Shown one piece after another: positions 17,657 through 28,471 of a stretch of 59,792 nucleotides of DNA; the stretch's first letter is position 1, and each line of letters begins with the position of its first letter. The notes under the pieces are model-generated. The model searched no databases. It worked only from the letters and a program-made list of their open reading frames with translations, and was not told the origin of the DNA. This DNA comes from Candidatus Heimdallarchaeota archaeon (GTDB lineage: Archaea > Asgardarchaeota > Heimdallarchaeia > JABLTI01). A program made the position numbers and the translations under genes. The stretch is from positions 1 through 59,792 of the forward strand of contig JABCTZ010000039.1 in assembly GCA_018238155.1 (NCBI GenBank), written 5' to 3'.

Positions 17657-18727
17657 ATGGATAATAACAAACTACGAAAAGTAAAATTGGCTAGCATTTT
17701 AATTATATTGACTTTTTTAACAACTTCTGTTCTAAGTGTTACTAGTGGAGCTTTATCTCCACAAGCAGTTACTAATTCTAGCCCACAAGTTGTAGGGATA
17801 TATGGTGACCTATCAGATTCCGCAATCAATCTTGGTATGGAAGCATATCTAGATGGAATAGGCACGAATTTTGAAGTACTATCATTTAATCAAATACTGC
17901 AATTTAGAGGGCAAATTGTCATCTTTGCTCATGGTGATGAGCACGGTATTAAATTGTCAGAAAAATTGACCTTTACATGGGATGCTTTTTCCGTCTACCT
18001 TTCCTCTTCAAAAGCAGCGAAAATTATTCTTGCATCTTGCTTTGGCGCAAATGCAATTACAGACAGCTATACGGGACCAGAGCTCTTCTCTTGGAATGGA
18101 AATATTGATGCTCTTCTTATTGGCTATGCAGCAGCGTACTATACATTACAAGATCAAGAAAACAGTATTGATTATGTTTTAAACCAATTATTTAGTAGAG
18201 CAACATTGCTTGTAAGGAAGGAAGCTGAACCTGTATACTTAGCGCACACTCCTGGTGGCGGAGGAGGTGGCGGTGGTGGTGGCAGAGATTTTAGTTTATC
18301 TGAAAGTGGGTACACGCATGCCTACAAAATGCAAAATACTGGAAGAGGTGCCTTAGCAGGAAGAATATTCTGGGTCAATTTTGATAAAAATGAAGCTGGA
18401 ACACTGATGGAACTTCATGGTGCATTAAGTACTCTAATGGGTGAGATTGCTATCTTAAATCCTCCTTTAGTGGCACTTCTTCTTGCAATTTTAGCTGTAA
18501 ATGCAGTGCTAATTTTAATATCAAAAGCAAATCGCATTAGACACGACGCAAAATTTGGTGTGCAATTTTTCAAATATATACCATTAGTGAATTTTGTTTA
18601 TCATAATGGAAACGATGGGTATAAATTAAGTGGAATATTTTACCTGCCTCAAATATGTGCAAGTGGCATTTTCGGTTATTTTGGAATTGCAAATGTTCCT
18701 ACATATTGGACATATGTCAGAATGTAG
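17657..18727 (+). CDS. Secreted precursor with caspase-fold-like His/Cys domain, poly-Gly linker and variable C-terminus
   Basis: Signal peptide; IVIFAHGD...IILASCFG...WNGNID; HTP followed by poly-Gly; hydrophobic helix in the C-terminus. Confidence 0.65.
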   Translation: MDNNKLRKVKLASILIILTFLTTSVLSVTSGALSPQAVTNSSPQVVGIYGDLSDSAINLGMEAYLDGIGTNFEVLSFNQILQFRGQIVIFAHGDEHGIKLSEKLTFTWDAFSVYLSSSKAAKIILASCFGANAITDSYTGPELFSWNGNIDALLIGYAAAYYTLQDQENSIDYVLNQLFSRATLLVRKEAEPVYLAHTPGGGGGGGGGGRDFSLSESGYTHAYKMQNTGRGALAGRIFWVNFDKNEAGTLMELHGALSTLMGEIAILNPPLVALLLAILAVNAVLILISKANRIRHDAKFGVQFFKYIPLVNFVYHNGNDGYKLSGIFYLPQICASGIFGYFGIANVPTYWTYVRM

Positions 18728-18886
18728 ATTATTGTAGCATTTAACCAACAAACCAGAACAAAAATGTTCTCCCAAAAAAGATGGGATCAAAGAAAGGGTT
18801 TTTTTGATTCTCATCTAATTACTATTTTTTTCATTTTGCTTTCTTACTCATTTCTTTTGTCCAATCAATTCGCTCGTTTTGTGGAG

Positions 18887-19606
18887 TTACTTCCTTTCTT
18901 TTATCATTACTTCAGGGCAATCAGTTATTGTTATTCTATTGCGGCATATTGGGCATTTTTCTTTTTCTTTCAGCCACTTTTCCAGCAAGTCCTTTTTTGC
19001 GTAATGCCTACATTTCGGGCAGACGACAATTTTGTCTCCTTCTACATCTAGTCTAATTCCTGTTATCATGCATTTTTCTTCTTTCACTTCTTCTACGAAG
19101 AATATTTTTGTTATTGGTATTATCGTTTCTGCTTCCTCTATTGCTTCTTTTTTCTCTCCCTCGCTTTCTTCACTTCTCTCTAAATAACCCAACAGATAAT
19201 TGCACCTTTGTCTTACAAATGCTTTTTTCAAGGTTGTATTAACACCCATATCTTCCAAGAAGGATCTTATTATCTCTTCTAGAGAATTGCTTTTCGTATC
19301 TGCTAAAGCATAAATACCCATCATAACCGTTATCACTTCAAAAGGAGAACTTCTTTCTATCATTCTAATTCTTTCTTTTTGATTTCCTTCTGTTACTAGA
19401 TCTGTTAGTTGCAGATATACTTTCTTCCTTTTGAGTAATTGTATCAAAAAGTATACACCTACTGGCAGAAAAAGGAAGCAACATACGATTATTTTAATTG
19501 TCATTTCTCGCTTTTGTTGCCCCCAATAATACTCCAACAAATCGCCTTCATTGGGGATAACTTCCTCGTCCTCATAGCTATTCTTCTCTTTTGGTTTCAA
19601 AATCAA
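18887..19606 (-). CDS. Membrane protein with C-terminal RING-like Zn finger
   Basis: TM helix; CMITG...CPKCRHYA...WLKEKEKCPICR. Confidence 0.8.
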   Translation of the reverse strand: MILKPKEKNSYEDEEVIPNEGDLLEYYWGQQKREMTIKIIVCCFLFLPVGVYFLIQLLKRKKVYLQLTDLVTEGNQKERIRMIERSSPFEVITVMMGIYALADTKSNSLEEIIRSFLEDMGVNTTLKKAFVRQRCNYLLGYLERSEESEGEKKEAIEEAETIIPITKIFFVEEVKEEKCMITGIRLDVEGDKIVVCPKCRHYAKKDLLEKWLKEKEKCPICRNRITITDCPEVMIKERK

Positions 19607-19879
19607 CTTAAATTTCCTCTTTCCATTTTAATCTTTAGCTGCTATAATAAAAAAAGAACAATTGTTGTTATGAGTCTTTATTAATTCAATAGGAGATGAG
19701 CGGCTAATCCAGGATTCAAACTAGTGAGAGATTTCAAACACTTTCAATCCTTTTTACTTTGAGAGAAACTTTTATTAATAAAAATTTAAAGTCAATAATT
19801 CCTTTTACAATAATACTTGGAGGGATAGACGATCAATCATTCTCAAAGCAGACTAAACCCTAGAAGAAATGTTCTTACT

Positions 19880-20875
19880 ATGAGCGTTACTTGTGTAGAT
19901 GAACGAATTGCTCCAAGAGTTCATATGCTTTCTTTTCGAGTGCCAGGAGCATGCGTATTCCCTCGAGAGAACGAGCCGTCTTATACCCTTGCTGCAATAC
20001 TTTTCTTCAATAAAACAGCAGGAGACATCTATAATGAAATTCGTGTGGTTATTGCTGATCACGGAATTCTAGGTAAGAATGGCTATTTTGGTTGTGGGAT
20101 GAATAACATATCGGAATCACTAACAGCTATGAAAGAAAAGTTGGATGAAGAAACTAACCTATCTAATGATGAAATTGACGACTATTTGAGAAGAGCACAA
20201 CTATATGATCTTAGCAGTTTGGGAGGAATAGGAAAACACGCAGCTTGGGAAGTAAACCAATTTAAAAAAATACCAGAAGAATACACATTGAAAAGTTTAC
20301 TTGGAAGAATTCTCCCAAATGATTTGGCTAAAGAAGAGATACCAAATGATCGATTAGTTATAACACAACCATTTGTTAATCAGGGTGGAATGTTGGAAAA
20401 TATCGATGAAAGAGGAATAAGTTTTGACGGAAACACTATGATCCATACCCTAGCAGGAAAATCAAGTATAAAAGAAGACTACGCGCTAACAAACGAATTA
20501 TTGATCTTTAGTTATTTGAAAGGAGAGACGGTAAGAGAAGTACTGGTCTTAGAACCAGCTATGAATGTGCTTGAACAATCTTCTCTTAGACGGTTCTTGC
20601 AAAGGGTACAACAAACCTCAATGTATTCGATTAAGAAAATAAGCAAACAAATAGCTCCAATTGTTAATCTACCAGAAGATAGTTGTTATCAATATTTAAC
20701 AAGTATTAAAGAAAATGCAATATCTTGTCTCTATGGTTCAGAAAGTGAACAACTCAACAGAGCCAGAATCACTGCAGAAGAAATCAAAAACACAGGATTG
20801 TTACCAAAGACTATAACCTGTAAGTATGGATTAGTAGATGTTGGGGGCAAAATTAAACAGCTAACTATTCTCTAG
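19880..20875 (+). CDS. Beta-carbonic-anhydrase-fold-like metalloprotein
   Basis: TCVDERI...VPGA...ADHG...GCGM resembles CxDxR...H...CG. Confidence 0.45.
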   Translation: MSVTCVDERIAPRVHMLSFRVPGACVFPRENEPSYTLAAILFFNKTAGDIYNEIRVVIADHGILGKNGYFGCGMNNISESLTAMKEKLDEETNLSNDEIDDYLRRAQLYDLSSLGGIGKHAAWEVNQFKKIPEEYTLKSLLGRILPNDLAKEEIPNDRLVITQPFVNQGGMLENIDERGISFDGNTMIHTLAGKSSIKEDYALTNELLIFSYLKGETVREVLVLEPAMNVLEQSSLRRFLQRVQQTSMYSIKKISKQIAPIVNLPEDSCYQYLTSIKENAISCLYGSESEQLNRARITAEEIKNTGLLPKTITCKYGLVDVGGKIKQLTIL

Positions 20876-20887
20876 AATTAAGTGAAG

Positions 20888-21604
20888 TTATTTCCTTTCT
20901 TTTATTCTTACTTCAGGGCAATCCGTGATTGTTATTCTATTTCTGCATAGAGGACATTTTTCTATTTCGTTCAGCCACTTATCCAGTAATTCCTTTTTCG
21001 CGAAATGTCCACATTTCGGACAGGCGACAATTTTTTCTCCTTTTACGTCTATTCTAATTCCTGATATCATACATTTTTCTTCTTGTACTTTATCCTCTTC
21101 TACAAAGTATAGTTTTGTTATTGGTATTATCGTTTCTGCTGTTTCTGTTAGTTCTTTTGTTTTGAATCTACTTTCCTTTCTTCTCTTTGCTGTCCATAGT
21201 AAATCATCACATAAAGATCTTGCAGATGATGCTTTTATTGTTGCTTTAAATTCTAAAGCTTTCATGAAGACTCCTATTGTCTCTTCAAGTGCACTACTTT
21301 TCATATCTGCTAAAGCATAAAGCCCCATCATAATAGCTCTAACATTAAAAGAATCAATATTGTCATTTACTAGTCGGACTAGTTCTTTTTGATTCCCGTC
21401 TCGTATTAACTCAGTTATCTTCAGATAAGTTCGCTTACTTTTGCTAAATCGTATCAAATAGAATATTCCAACAGGAAGAAAAAAAATGAACCCCATGGAT
21501 ATATAAGCTATTAGTAGGAACTTTTGCTCTGTCCAATATCCCACTAATAAATTTCCATCATCGATTTCCTCATAACTATTCGTTTCATATGTTTCAAAAA
21601 CCAA
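20888..21604 (-). CDS. Membrane protein with C-terminal RING-like Zn finger (paralogue of 18887-19606)
   Basis: CMISG...CPKCGHFA...WLNEIEKCPLCR; shares AETIIPITK and NRITITDCPEV with the paralogue. Confidence 0.8.
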   Translation of the reverse strand: MVFETYETNSYEEIDDGNLLVGYWTEQKFLLIAYISMGFIFFLPVGIFYLIRFSKSKRTYLKITELIRDGNQKELVRLVNDNIDSFNVRAIMMGLYALADMKSSALEETIGVFMKALEFKATIKASSARSLCDDLLWTAKRRKESRFKTKELTETAETIIPITKLYFVEEDKVQEEKCMISGIRIDVKGEKIVACPKCGHFAKKELLDKWLNEIEKCPLCRNRITITDCPEVRIKERK

Positions 21605-21665
21605 CTTACATTTCCTCTTTCCAATCTATTCTTTAACTGCTAATAATATGGAAAGTATTTTACCT

Positions 21666-22172
21666 TTATTTTCTTTTTGCTTCCTTTCTCATCTCTTTAG
21701 CCCATTCTTTTGCTCGCGTTGTTTGCTCTTCTGTATTGTTTGTTAGAGGATCAATGAATTCAGTTTCACCTATGACAGTATTTTCTGTTAAATATTCCTT
21801 TGTTTTTTCGCATACTTTTAAGCCACTGCCTTCTCCAGAGCAGCTACAATACAGAGCGAATTTCTTTCCAGTGAAATTTACTTCAGTCAGCATTGAACGT
21901 ACCGCAGGATTCATACTCCAAGCCCATACAGGTGACCCAAGAAAGATCAAATCATATTTTTGCAAATCTTTTTCGAACGGTTTTATTTTCGCCTTTCTTT
22001 TTGTCATTGCTTCAAAGCCCCCTTTCATATACATCCCGAACCCTGTGCCTTTGATGTCTTTTTCTCTTTGTATCTCGAGAATATCTGCTTTGACTTCTTT
22101 AGCAATTATTTCTGCTATATGTTTTGTATTTCCTGTTTTTGAATAATATAACACAAGTGTTTTCATGATCAA
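21666..22172 (-). CDS. Flavodoxin
   Basis: LVLYYSKTGNTKHIA FMN-binding loop; YDLIFLGSPVW. Confidence 0.92.
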   Translation of the reverse strand: MIMKTLVLYYSKTGNTKHIAEIIAKEVKADILEIQREKDIKGTGFGMYMKGGFEAMTKRKAKIKPFEKDLQKYDLIFLGSPVWAWSMNPAVRSMLTEVNFTGKKFALYCSCSGEGSGLKVCEKTKEYLTENTVIGETEFIDPLTNNTEEQTTRAKEWAKEMRKEAKRK

Positions 22173-22369
22173 TCACTTTTATTTTTTATTAGAAAGTCAA
22201 TTCACTTTCTTTTACAGAATAATCTGGTATTTATTTATTAAAAGCCTTCGAAATTTTTGTAAAAAGAGGGATTTTATAGTTACTACCGTACCTCTTCATC
22301 TTAACAATACTTATAATTTTCTATGTTAAGAGATAGTAAGCTTTTAATTCAAAAGAAGGGTAAATCAAA

Positions 22370-22786
22370 ATGTCAATTAAATGTAGAAATTGTGGAGCTG
22401 AAAACGAACAAACAGTAAATTTCTGCGGTTCATGTGGTGCTCAACTGATATTTGCAAGAGTAGCAGCAACAAATGGTGCTGAAACCATCTGCCCAAATTG
22501 TGGGAATAGGAATCCATCCAAATTTAATAACTGTCCAAAATGTGGTTCATCATTAAGACAGCAAAGTGTTCCCCCATCTCAACCAATTTATCAGCAAGAA
22601 ACTAAGAAGTTCAAATGGTGGAAATTATTTACTTGGCCATTTATTTGTTTGGTTAATTTAACGGAAAGCTGCTGTAGCTGTTGTTGTGGCTCCTGTTGTG
22701 ATACTGGAAGTAGTAATAAATCTCTTAAACAAGAGGTTGCAGAAGAAGTAGCTGAAAATGTTCTTGGTTCACTTTTAGGTGATTGA
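22370..22786 (+). CDS. Double zinc-ribbon protein with Cys-rich segment
   Basis: Four CxxCG motifs; ESCCSCCCGSCCD. Confidence 0.85.
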   Translation: MSIKCRNCGAENEQTVNFCGSCGAQLIFARVAATNGAETICPNCGNRNPSKFNNCPKCGSSLRQQSVPPSQPIYQQETKKFKWWKLFTWPFICLVNLTESCCSCCCGSCCDTGSSNKSLKQEVAEEVAENVLGSLLGD

Positions 22787-23000
22787 AATTATATTGTTTT
22801 AAATAACAATTCCTTCTATTTTTTTATTATTAGTTTTATTTTTTATTCCAAAGAGATTAAGGAAGACCTCAATAAAGAAAGAATTGCTAGTAAGGGATTT
22901 TTTATTCTTTTAATGAATAAAGTTCTTGGGCGTAAAGTTCTAAAGGTAGAAATTCTATACTCTGAGATACGATTAAAGTTCTAAGAAAGGGAACAACACT

Positions 23001-25442
23001 ATGAAGAGAAGTAACAGCTTTTTCCTAATATTATTAATAATAATGAGCATTGGCTTTGAACTAAATGCATCTGCAATTAGCAGTTCAGAACTAATCAATC
23101 GACCAAAAAATATTCCAATGAATAGTACTTCTGGAGAAATCACTTTCCCCTTTGGTAAGAATCTCCATCTTGATGGTAACAACTACTGGAATATGACCGA
23201 TTTGTTAGATGTAAACCAAACATTAGATAATCTCGCAGATTTTACCACTGAAGGTATAACAGCTTTCTCAGGTGATGATGTCATACCAGCTGTAAGTGCA
23301 AACAGACATTTAGTTAACGTTACACTCCTAAACTCAACTATTTGGAATGATAACGACATTGGTGAAGGAGAAATTTATTTCAATGTAACAATAAATGGCA
23401 ATTTCACTAAAACCATCAATTATGGCGCAAATGATGGTGATACTCTTGACCTTAATCTAGCAGTATTTTACGCTTGGTGTATAGTCCTTGATATCACCGT
23501 TGAAGTTTGGGAAGATGATCCCGCACCACAACCAGATGATGAACTAGGAATATATCATTATGCAACAACTAACCCAGTATCGCAAACCATTACTGGAAAT
23601 ACTACTATTGGTGATGCACAAGTATGGCTAGAAATAGATGTACAAGATACTACATCAGGAGTAACAGCTGAAGTTCTTGCAGATGGTTGTAAACCATATT
23701 TTTACTTTACTGACGAAACAGGAGCAACCGAGGAAGCAAATGAAACCTACGCTCGAGTGTTAGTTGGACCCGATGGGGATGCAGGACTAACAACAGCAAT
23801 TTGTATTCAATATATCTTTTGCTGGGATAAAGAGAACTTTCCATTTCCAATTAATGTGCAATTCCATGAAGACGATTACGAGCAATTCTTGATATTTATC
23901 GATCCAAGCGATTTGATGCATCCATATAGATATGTCTTTGATGACGGTAGCTATATTTCCAATACGCGCTCTCAAAGGATAGCTATCTGGGAAGACCACG
24001 CAACAACTGCTGTGCTCGAGACAGAAGCTTTTAGCTCTGAAGAGCTAACACCACTCATTGGCGATAATTACACTGCAAAATACAAATACTTTAACATGTC
24101 CGTTGTAACAGATGAGTTCCGTATGGGAACAAGTGGGATACAAACAATGAACTTGCTGGTGCAAACATCTTTCCACAACTTCCAAGAAGGACAACCAGGA
24201 ATTTTTGATATCACAACAAGTGAATTAGGATTCAACTATGCAATAGATGAATTGAATGACTCGAAAATAGCAGAATTCTTTAGAATGCATTATTACGCTT
24301 TCGAACAAGGATTATGGTGGATAGCTCATCTAGGGTTGGAATATCCTAAAGTACATCCGTTCACCTTTGATGTGGTAAATCCGTTCAGTTTTCCATACCT
24401 GATAAATGGTTACCCAAATGTAGTGGATGATATAGATGCATTCGAGGAAGCAAACAGTAATTTCATCAACTATGAATATGGCATAGACCTCACCCTCGCA
24501 CTGCTAATGAAAGCCAGGTATACGATAACCTCTCCTGAACTAGTGAACCCAGGGGATACATTCGATGCTACAATTGAAATCGAAATACTTGAAGACGACA
24601 CAGAAATTGCCTTGCTATACGATCTCTTCTTAAATGGAACGATAAAAGCACTATTCTTTAATCAGAACTTTTTATTTGACCACGAAGGAAAAGTAAGTGT
24701 GAATATACCAATAGGCAAACTGAGCTTGCTACTCTCACTGCTAGGATATCAACCATATGAACAAAGTGGGTTGAGCATAGACAGTAGTGGCTATTTAACA
24801 ATGGATCACCTGTATTTAGCACCAAACCTACTTGGAACAATAATGGCACTAAATATGACTCTAGATATTTGGGATATGATAAAAGGAGAATTACCAGGTT
24901 ACTACCCAGCAACAGAGAAACCATTAAACCTACTAGATTATTTCATGGAGTCAATTGAACTAACATTAGGAGCAGGATTTGAAGGCTATAATACTGGAAC
25001 AATCAGTTCAAACAATACCGCTTTAGCAACTGTAGGAACAGATGAATTCACTTTTGATGGAACAACAATGTCAACAACAACAGAGGTAACAGTAGCTGAA
25101 GATATTAGTACGACCACCGGATTTGAAATTGTTCTTGATGATATGCTATTTACCTATGAATTCTTTGCTGATTGGGGACTGGATATAAACTTTGGAAATA
25201 TCATAGCACTAATTGCACCCCAATATGCTGAAATGAATTTCGATATCGGAACCTTCCCATCAATAATAGTGGATTCTGATGATAGCCTGATCGATAGCGA
25301 TTCAACGGTAACGAAAACAACGACAGTAACTCTCGACTCTATTACCCCAACGAATACAGGTGGAATAATTCCTACAATACTAACCTTGTTAGCTATTTCT
25401 GGTTTAGGAACGCTTGTTATTATTCGAAAACGAAAGAAGTGA
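23001..25442 (+). CDS. Large secreted/surface glycoprotein with C-terminal membrane anchor
   Basis: Signal peptide, many N-x-S/T sites, Thr-rich linker, TM plus RKRKK tail. Confidence 0.85.
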   Translation: MKRSNSFFLILLIIMSIGFELNASAISSSELINRPKNIPMNSTSGEITFPFGKNLHLDGNNYWNMTDLLDVNQTLDNLADFTTEGITAFSGDDVIPAVSANRHLVNVTLLNSTIWNDNDIGEGEIYFNVTINGNFTKTINYGANDGDTLDLNLAVFYAWCIVLDITVEVWEDDPAPQPDDELGIYHYATTNPVSQTITGNTTIGDAQVWLEIDVQDTTSGVTAEVLADGCKPYFYFTDETGATEEANETYARVLVGPDGDAGLTTAICIQYIFCWDKENFPFPINVQFHEDDYEQFLIFIDPSDLMHPYRYVFDDGSYISNTRSQRIAIWEDHATTAVLETEAFSSEELTPLIGDNYTAKYKYFNMSVVTDEFRMGTSGIQTMNLLVQTSFHNFQEGQPGIFDITTSELGFNYAIDELNDSKIAEFFRMHYYAFEQGLWWIAHLGLEYPKVHPFTFDVVNPFSFPYLINGYPNVVDDIDAFEEANSNFINYEYGIDLTLALLMKARYTITSPELVNPGDTFDATIEIEILEDDTEIALLYDLFLNGTIKALFFNQNFLFDHEGKVSVNIPIGKLSLLLSLLGYQPYEQSGLSIDSSGYLTMDHLYLAPNLLGTIMALNMTLDIWDMIKGELPGYYPATEKPLNLLDYFMESIELTLGAGFEGYNTGTISSNNTALATVGTDEFTFDGTTMSTTTEVTVAEDISTTTGFEIVLDDMLFTYEFFADWGLDINFGNIIALIAPQYAEMNFDIGTFPSIIVDSDDSLIDSDSTVTKTTTVTLDSITPTNTGGIIPTILTLLAISGLGTLVIIRKRKK

Positions 25443-25469
25443 TTTTTCACTTCTTTATTAGTTAATTTT

Positions 25470-25844
25470 TTAATTAGTAACTAATACTATTTTCTTTAAC
25501 TTTTCACTAAATTTATCCAATATTATTCTTAATTGTTTTTCATTTTTGATTAATTGATAACGTTTGTTTTTATGAATGTATACTGGCAGAGGAAATGAAT
25601 TATCTATTATTTGTGTTGCATCTTTTGGCAATTTTGGTGGAATAATATTTCTTTTTATAATAATATTCTTACCTAAAAAGAGTTGTGAGCTATATTCTTT
25701 CAAACTGATTTCTTTTAATTCCTTCATAACCCTTAAATCATCAGGTTTTTTACTAACAATTATTGGTGATTCAAATTCAATATCCAATTGCTCTAAATGG
25801 TCATTTTTTAGAATTTGAATTCTACCAATATCTAATTCGGACAT
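25470..25844 (-). CDS. Hypothetical protein downstream of the PLD gene
   Basis: 124 aa ORF with GGTGGGAG RBS-like sequence upstream. Confidence 0.55.
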   Translation of the reverse strand: MSELDIGRIQILKNDHLEQLDIEFESPIIVSKKPDDLRVMKELKEISLKEYSSQLFLGKNIIIKRNIIPPKLPKDATQIIDNSFPLPVYIHKNKRYQLIKNEKQLRIILDKFSEKLKKIVLVTN

Positions 25845-25989
25845 TCTCCCACCCTTTTCTGTGATTTGAATGTTTGCTAAATAGAAGAATAACTATCTCG
25901 ACCAAAAAGCAATACTAAATTTACAATGAGAGGGTCAACAGTTAACAATAATACATGATAACTTAATATAAAATTTAATATTTTCAAAT

Positions 25990-27360
25990 CTACTTTGTTC
26001 TTTTAGTATTTTTCTGTTTACTTCTTGGCAGATATTCCCATAGAAATGTAAATGTTTTTGCTGATTCCTTCAATCCTTCAGGTATTTTCAACATGGACTC
26101 AAAATCCTTTACGTCTCTTATTTTTTCGTTATCTAATTCCCCTAAAGTTATTTCTTTATTCTCTACTATCTGAAAATGTTCTTTATTCTTTTTCCACCTT
26201 ATATAGGAACCTGTTTTCAAGTTTTTTATTTTTTTACTGTTGAAAAACGTTGCAGGTATAATCTCATTCCAGGATTTTACTATTGGTAGAATAATCTGAA
26301 TCTGTTCCTTCGTAAGAAAGATTCCTACATCATAACTATCATTAAAACTTTGTGAGGTAAGATTTCCGGTAAAAATCATACCGATTGACTTTCCCTTCTC
26401 CTCAATAAACATTCCTTTCATATGTAATAATGTGTGACCTTTAATTTGAGCGCCACTTTCTTTTAGCTTAGCTAAAGGTTCAACACCCTTTCGACTTGGA
26501 CGTGTATAGATATGTAATTTTCTCCCATTTTGTAGTTGTTTAATAAGGATATCAAAGAGAGAAGTAGATTGTTCAATTGAGAAAGTACATAAATGAATTG
26601 GTCCTGTTGTTTCTTTAATTGTTTCTTCCAGAGTATCCTTAAAACCTATATCTTGATTAGCGCCGAATATATGGTCAATTTTTAGTTTGTCAAATAAATT
26701 TTCATTTATTTTCTTAACAGATCTTAGAGACTCTTTAGAGAGAGATTCGTGCTCTGCTTGATACCAAAAAGCATAGCAGAATGTATTGAATAGATTAACA
26801 ATTTGTTTTTTATTTAGTTTAATACCTATTTCTAAATTTTTTGATAAAGCGTGTTGAGTGAAATTTGCACTTGAAAGATAGCCTGCAGGATTTTCATTTT
26901 TGGGGTCAATTAAAACATATTTAGCATGGAAATGACGTGCTGTTCTAATAAAACATTTTGTTTTTAAAATTCTCAATAATTTTTTATGCTCATCAATTCT
27001 ATCATTTTCAGTTTCGCTTTCTTTACCTTGATCTTTATTTAATCGTTGTTCTGAAGCAGTTAGAAGATAGATTCTTACACCTTTTTTCGAAGCCTTTAGA
27101 AGAGCATTTGTAATTTCAGTTTCTTGAATTAAGAAAGAGCAAATAACTACTAATTCTTTAGCTTTTTCAATTGCTTTTGAAATTTCTCTTTCAAAAATAC
27201 GATTCTTTCCAATAAACCATATATCAGGAGAATAGAATTCTTTCATTTTATTATCAAAATCACCTGATGTATCAATATGCCAGATGTTCTCTAAAGATAA
27301 AAGATTATCAATAGTTTTTTTATTATTTTTTAACAACACTTTCAAATTCTTTTGACTCAT
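25990..27360 (-). CDS. Phospholipase D-family nuclease (two HxK domains)
   Basis: FHAKYVLID...SSANFT and LHMKGMFIE...TGNLT; abuts the upstream gene (27361/27360). Confidence 0.9.
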   Translation of the reverse strand: MSQKNLKVLLKNNKKTIDNLLSLENIWHIDTSGDFDNKMKEFYSPDIWFIGKNRIFEREISKAIEKAKELVVICSFLIQETEITNALLKASKKGVRIYLLTASEQRLNKDQGKESETENDRIDEHKKLLRILKTKCFIRTARHFHAKYVLIDPKNENPAGYLSSANFTQHALSKNLEIGIKLNKKQIVNLFNTFCYAFWYQAEHESLSKESLRSVKKINENLFDKLKIDHIFGANQDIGFKDTLEETIKETTGPIHLCTFSIEQSTSLFDILIKQLQNGRKLHIYTRPSRKGVEPLAKLKESGAQIKGHTLLHMKGMFIEEKGKSIGMIFTGNLTSQSFNDSYDVGIFLTKEQIQIILPIVKSWNEIIPATFFNSKKIKNLKTGSYIRWKKNKEHFQIVENKEITLGELDNEKIRDVKDFESMLKIPEGLKESAKTFTFLWEYLPRSKQKNTKRTK

Positions 27361-28461
27361 CTAATTATTCTCCTTTTCAGCTATGGGGATTAAATCTAAG
27401 GGTGCTTTAACAAACCAAAATGCGTTAGGAATATTTTCTAAATCTAAATCTTCTTCCATTTCTTTTGCCAAAATTTCATGTGAAAGAAATTTAATTGTAA
27501 AACCTGGGAATAACATAGAATTTTGTTGTATGCGTTCAATAAAAACAGCATCAAATAAGAAATCATTTATATCATGTTTTAAGAGCCAATTTGCCCATTT
27601 ATTGGCATCAACTTCAGTTTTTGGTTTAATATCAACTTCTACAGATGTTGAATCAAATACTCCAAAATCAATGATGTTTGGGGATTTAAATTTAATTTTC
27701 TTCTTAAAAGTCATTTTTTCCGTGTCTGATATATTACTGTGAACTTCTAATTTATTATCATTCCAATCCCAATCCGTTATTCTATTTGCTAATAACTCCT
27801 CCCAAATTATTTGGAAGTTGGGGAAATAATCGATTTCTCTGTGATTATCATCAAAAATTCCTGTAGTTTCTAAGATGCAAGATTTCTTAGTTAAATTAAT
27901 TGAAACCACCATTTCTAAGTTTTCTATTAATTCAACTTTTTCAGAAATAGATTTTACATTTATCTCGGTTTTTTCATCATCGAATAATTGCTTGCCTTCA
28001 ATTTTCTCTATATCCTTCAACCATCGAGGGATATCTATTAAATTGATTGGATTCTCATCAGGTTCCCTAATTTCATTTCTAAAATTAATATTTTCATCAA
28101 TAAACTGAAAATCTAAAATCCTCTGAGGAATTAATTGATCTTTAGTAGCATAAAGATAAGACACTCCATCATAATAACGATAGATCATTCCATCTTCTAT
28201 TGCTTGAAAACCTACTTCAGTTATTTTGTATTCATTGTCAAGCACTTCATATTCAATGCACCTTCGTAAAATATTTTCCGCCATTTGATTGTGATATCTA
28301 AATAAAAATTCTTTGCAAACAATTTTCTTTGATAATTGATTATTATTAGACTGAGCTATTAGCAAAAGGGCAATAATATCAGATCTCTCTTCTTTTCTTC
28401 CTATATCTAAAATAACTTTGAATTTACTAACTGCTATTTTTCTTTCCAGTTTTATATTCAT
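27361..28461 (-). CDS. Uncharacterised protein with N-terminal wHTH-like region, in the helicase-PLD operon
   Basis: 366 aa; ...YKITEVGFQAIE; 10-nt gap after the helicase. Confidence 0.75.
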   Translation of the reverse strand: MNIKLERKIAVSKFKVILDIGRKEERSDIIALLLIAQSNNNQLSKKIVCKEFLFRYHNQMAENILRRCIEYEVLDNEYKITEVGFQAIEDGMIYRYYDGVSYLYATKDQLIPQRILDFQFIDENINFRNEIREPDENPINLIDIPRWLKDIEKIEGKQLFDDEKTEINVKSISEKVELIENLEMVVSINLTKKSCILETTGIFDDNHREIDYFPNFQIIWEELLANRITDWDWNDNKLEVHSNISDTEKMTFKKKIKFKSPNIIDFGVFDSTSVEVDIKPKTEVDANKWANWLLKHDINDFLFDAVFIERIQQNSMLFPGFTIKFLSHEILAKEMEEDLDLENIPNAFWFVKAPLDLIPIAEKENN

Positions 28462-28471
28462 AATAATTCAC

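Noticed and set aside
18764-19051. 95-aa hydrophobic ORF as immunity gene for 17657-18727
   Set aside because: It is largely antisense to the purine-rich RING gene, which explains the Phe-rich translation
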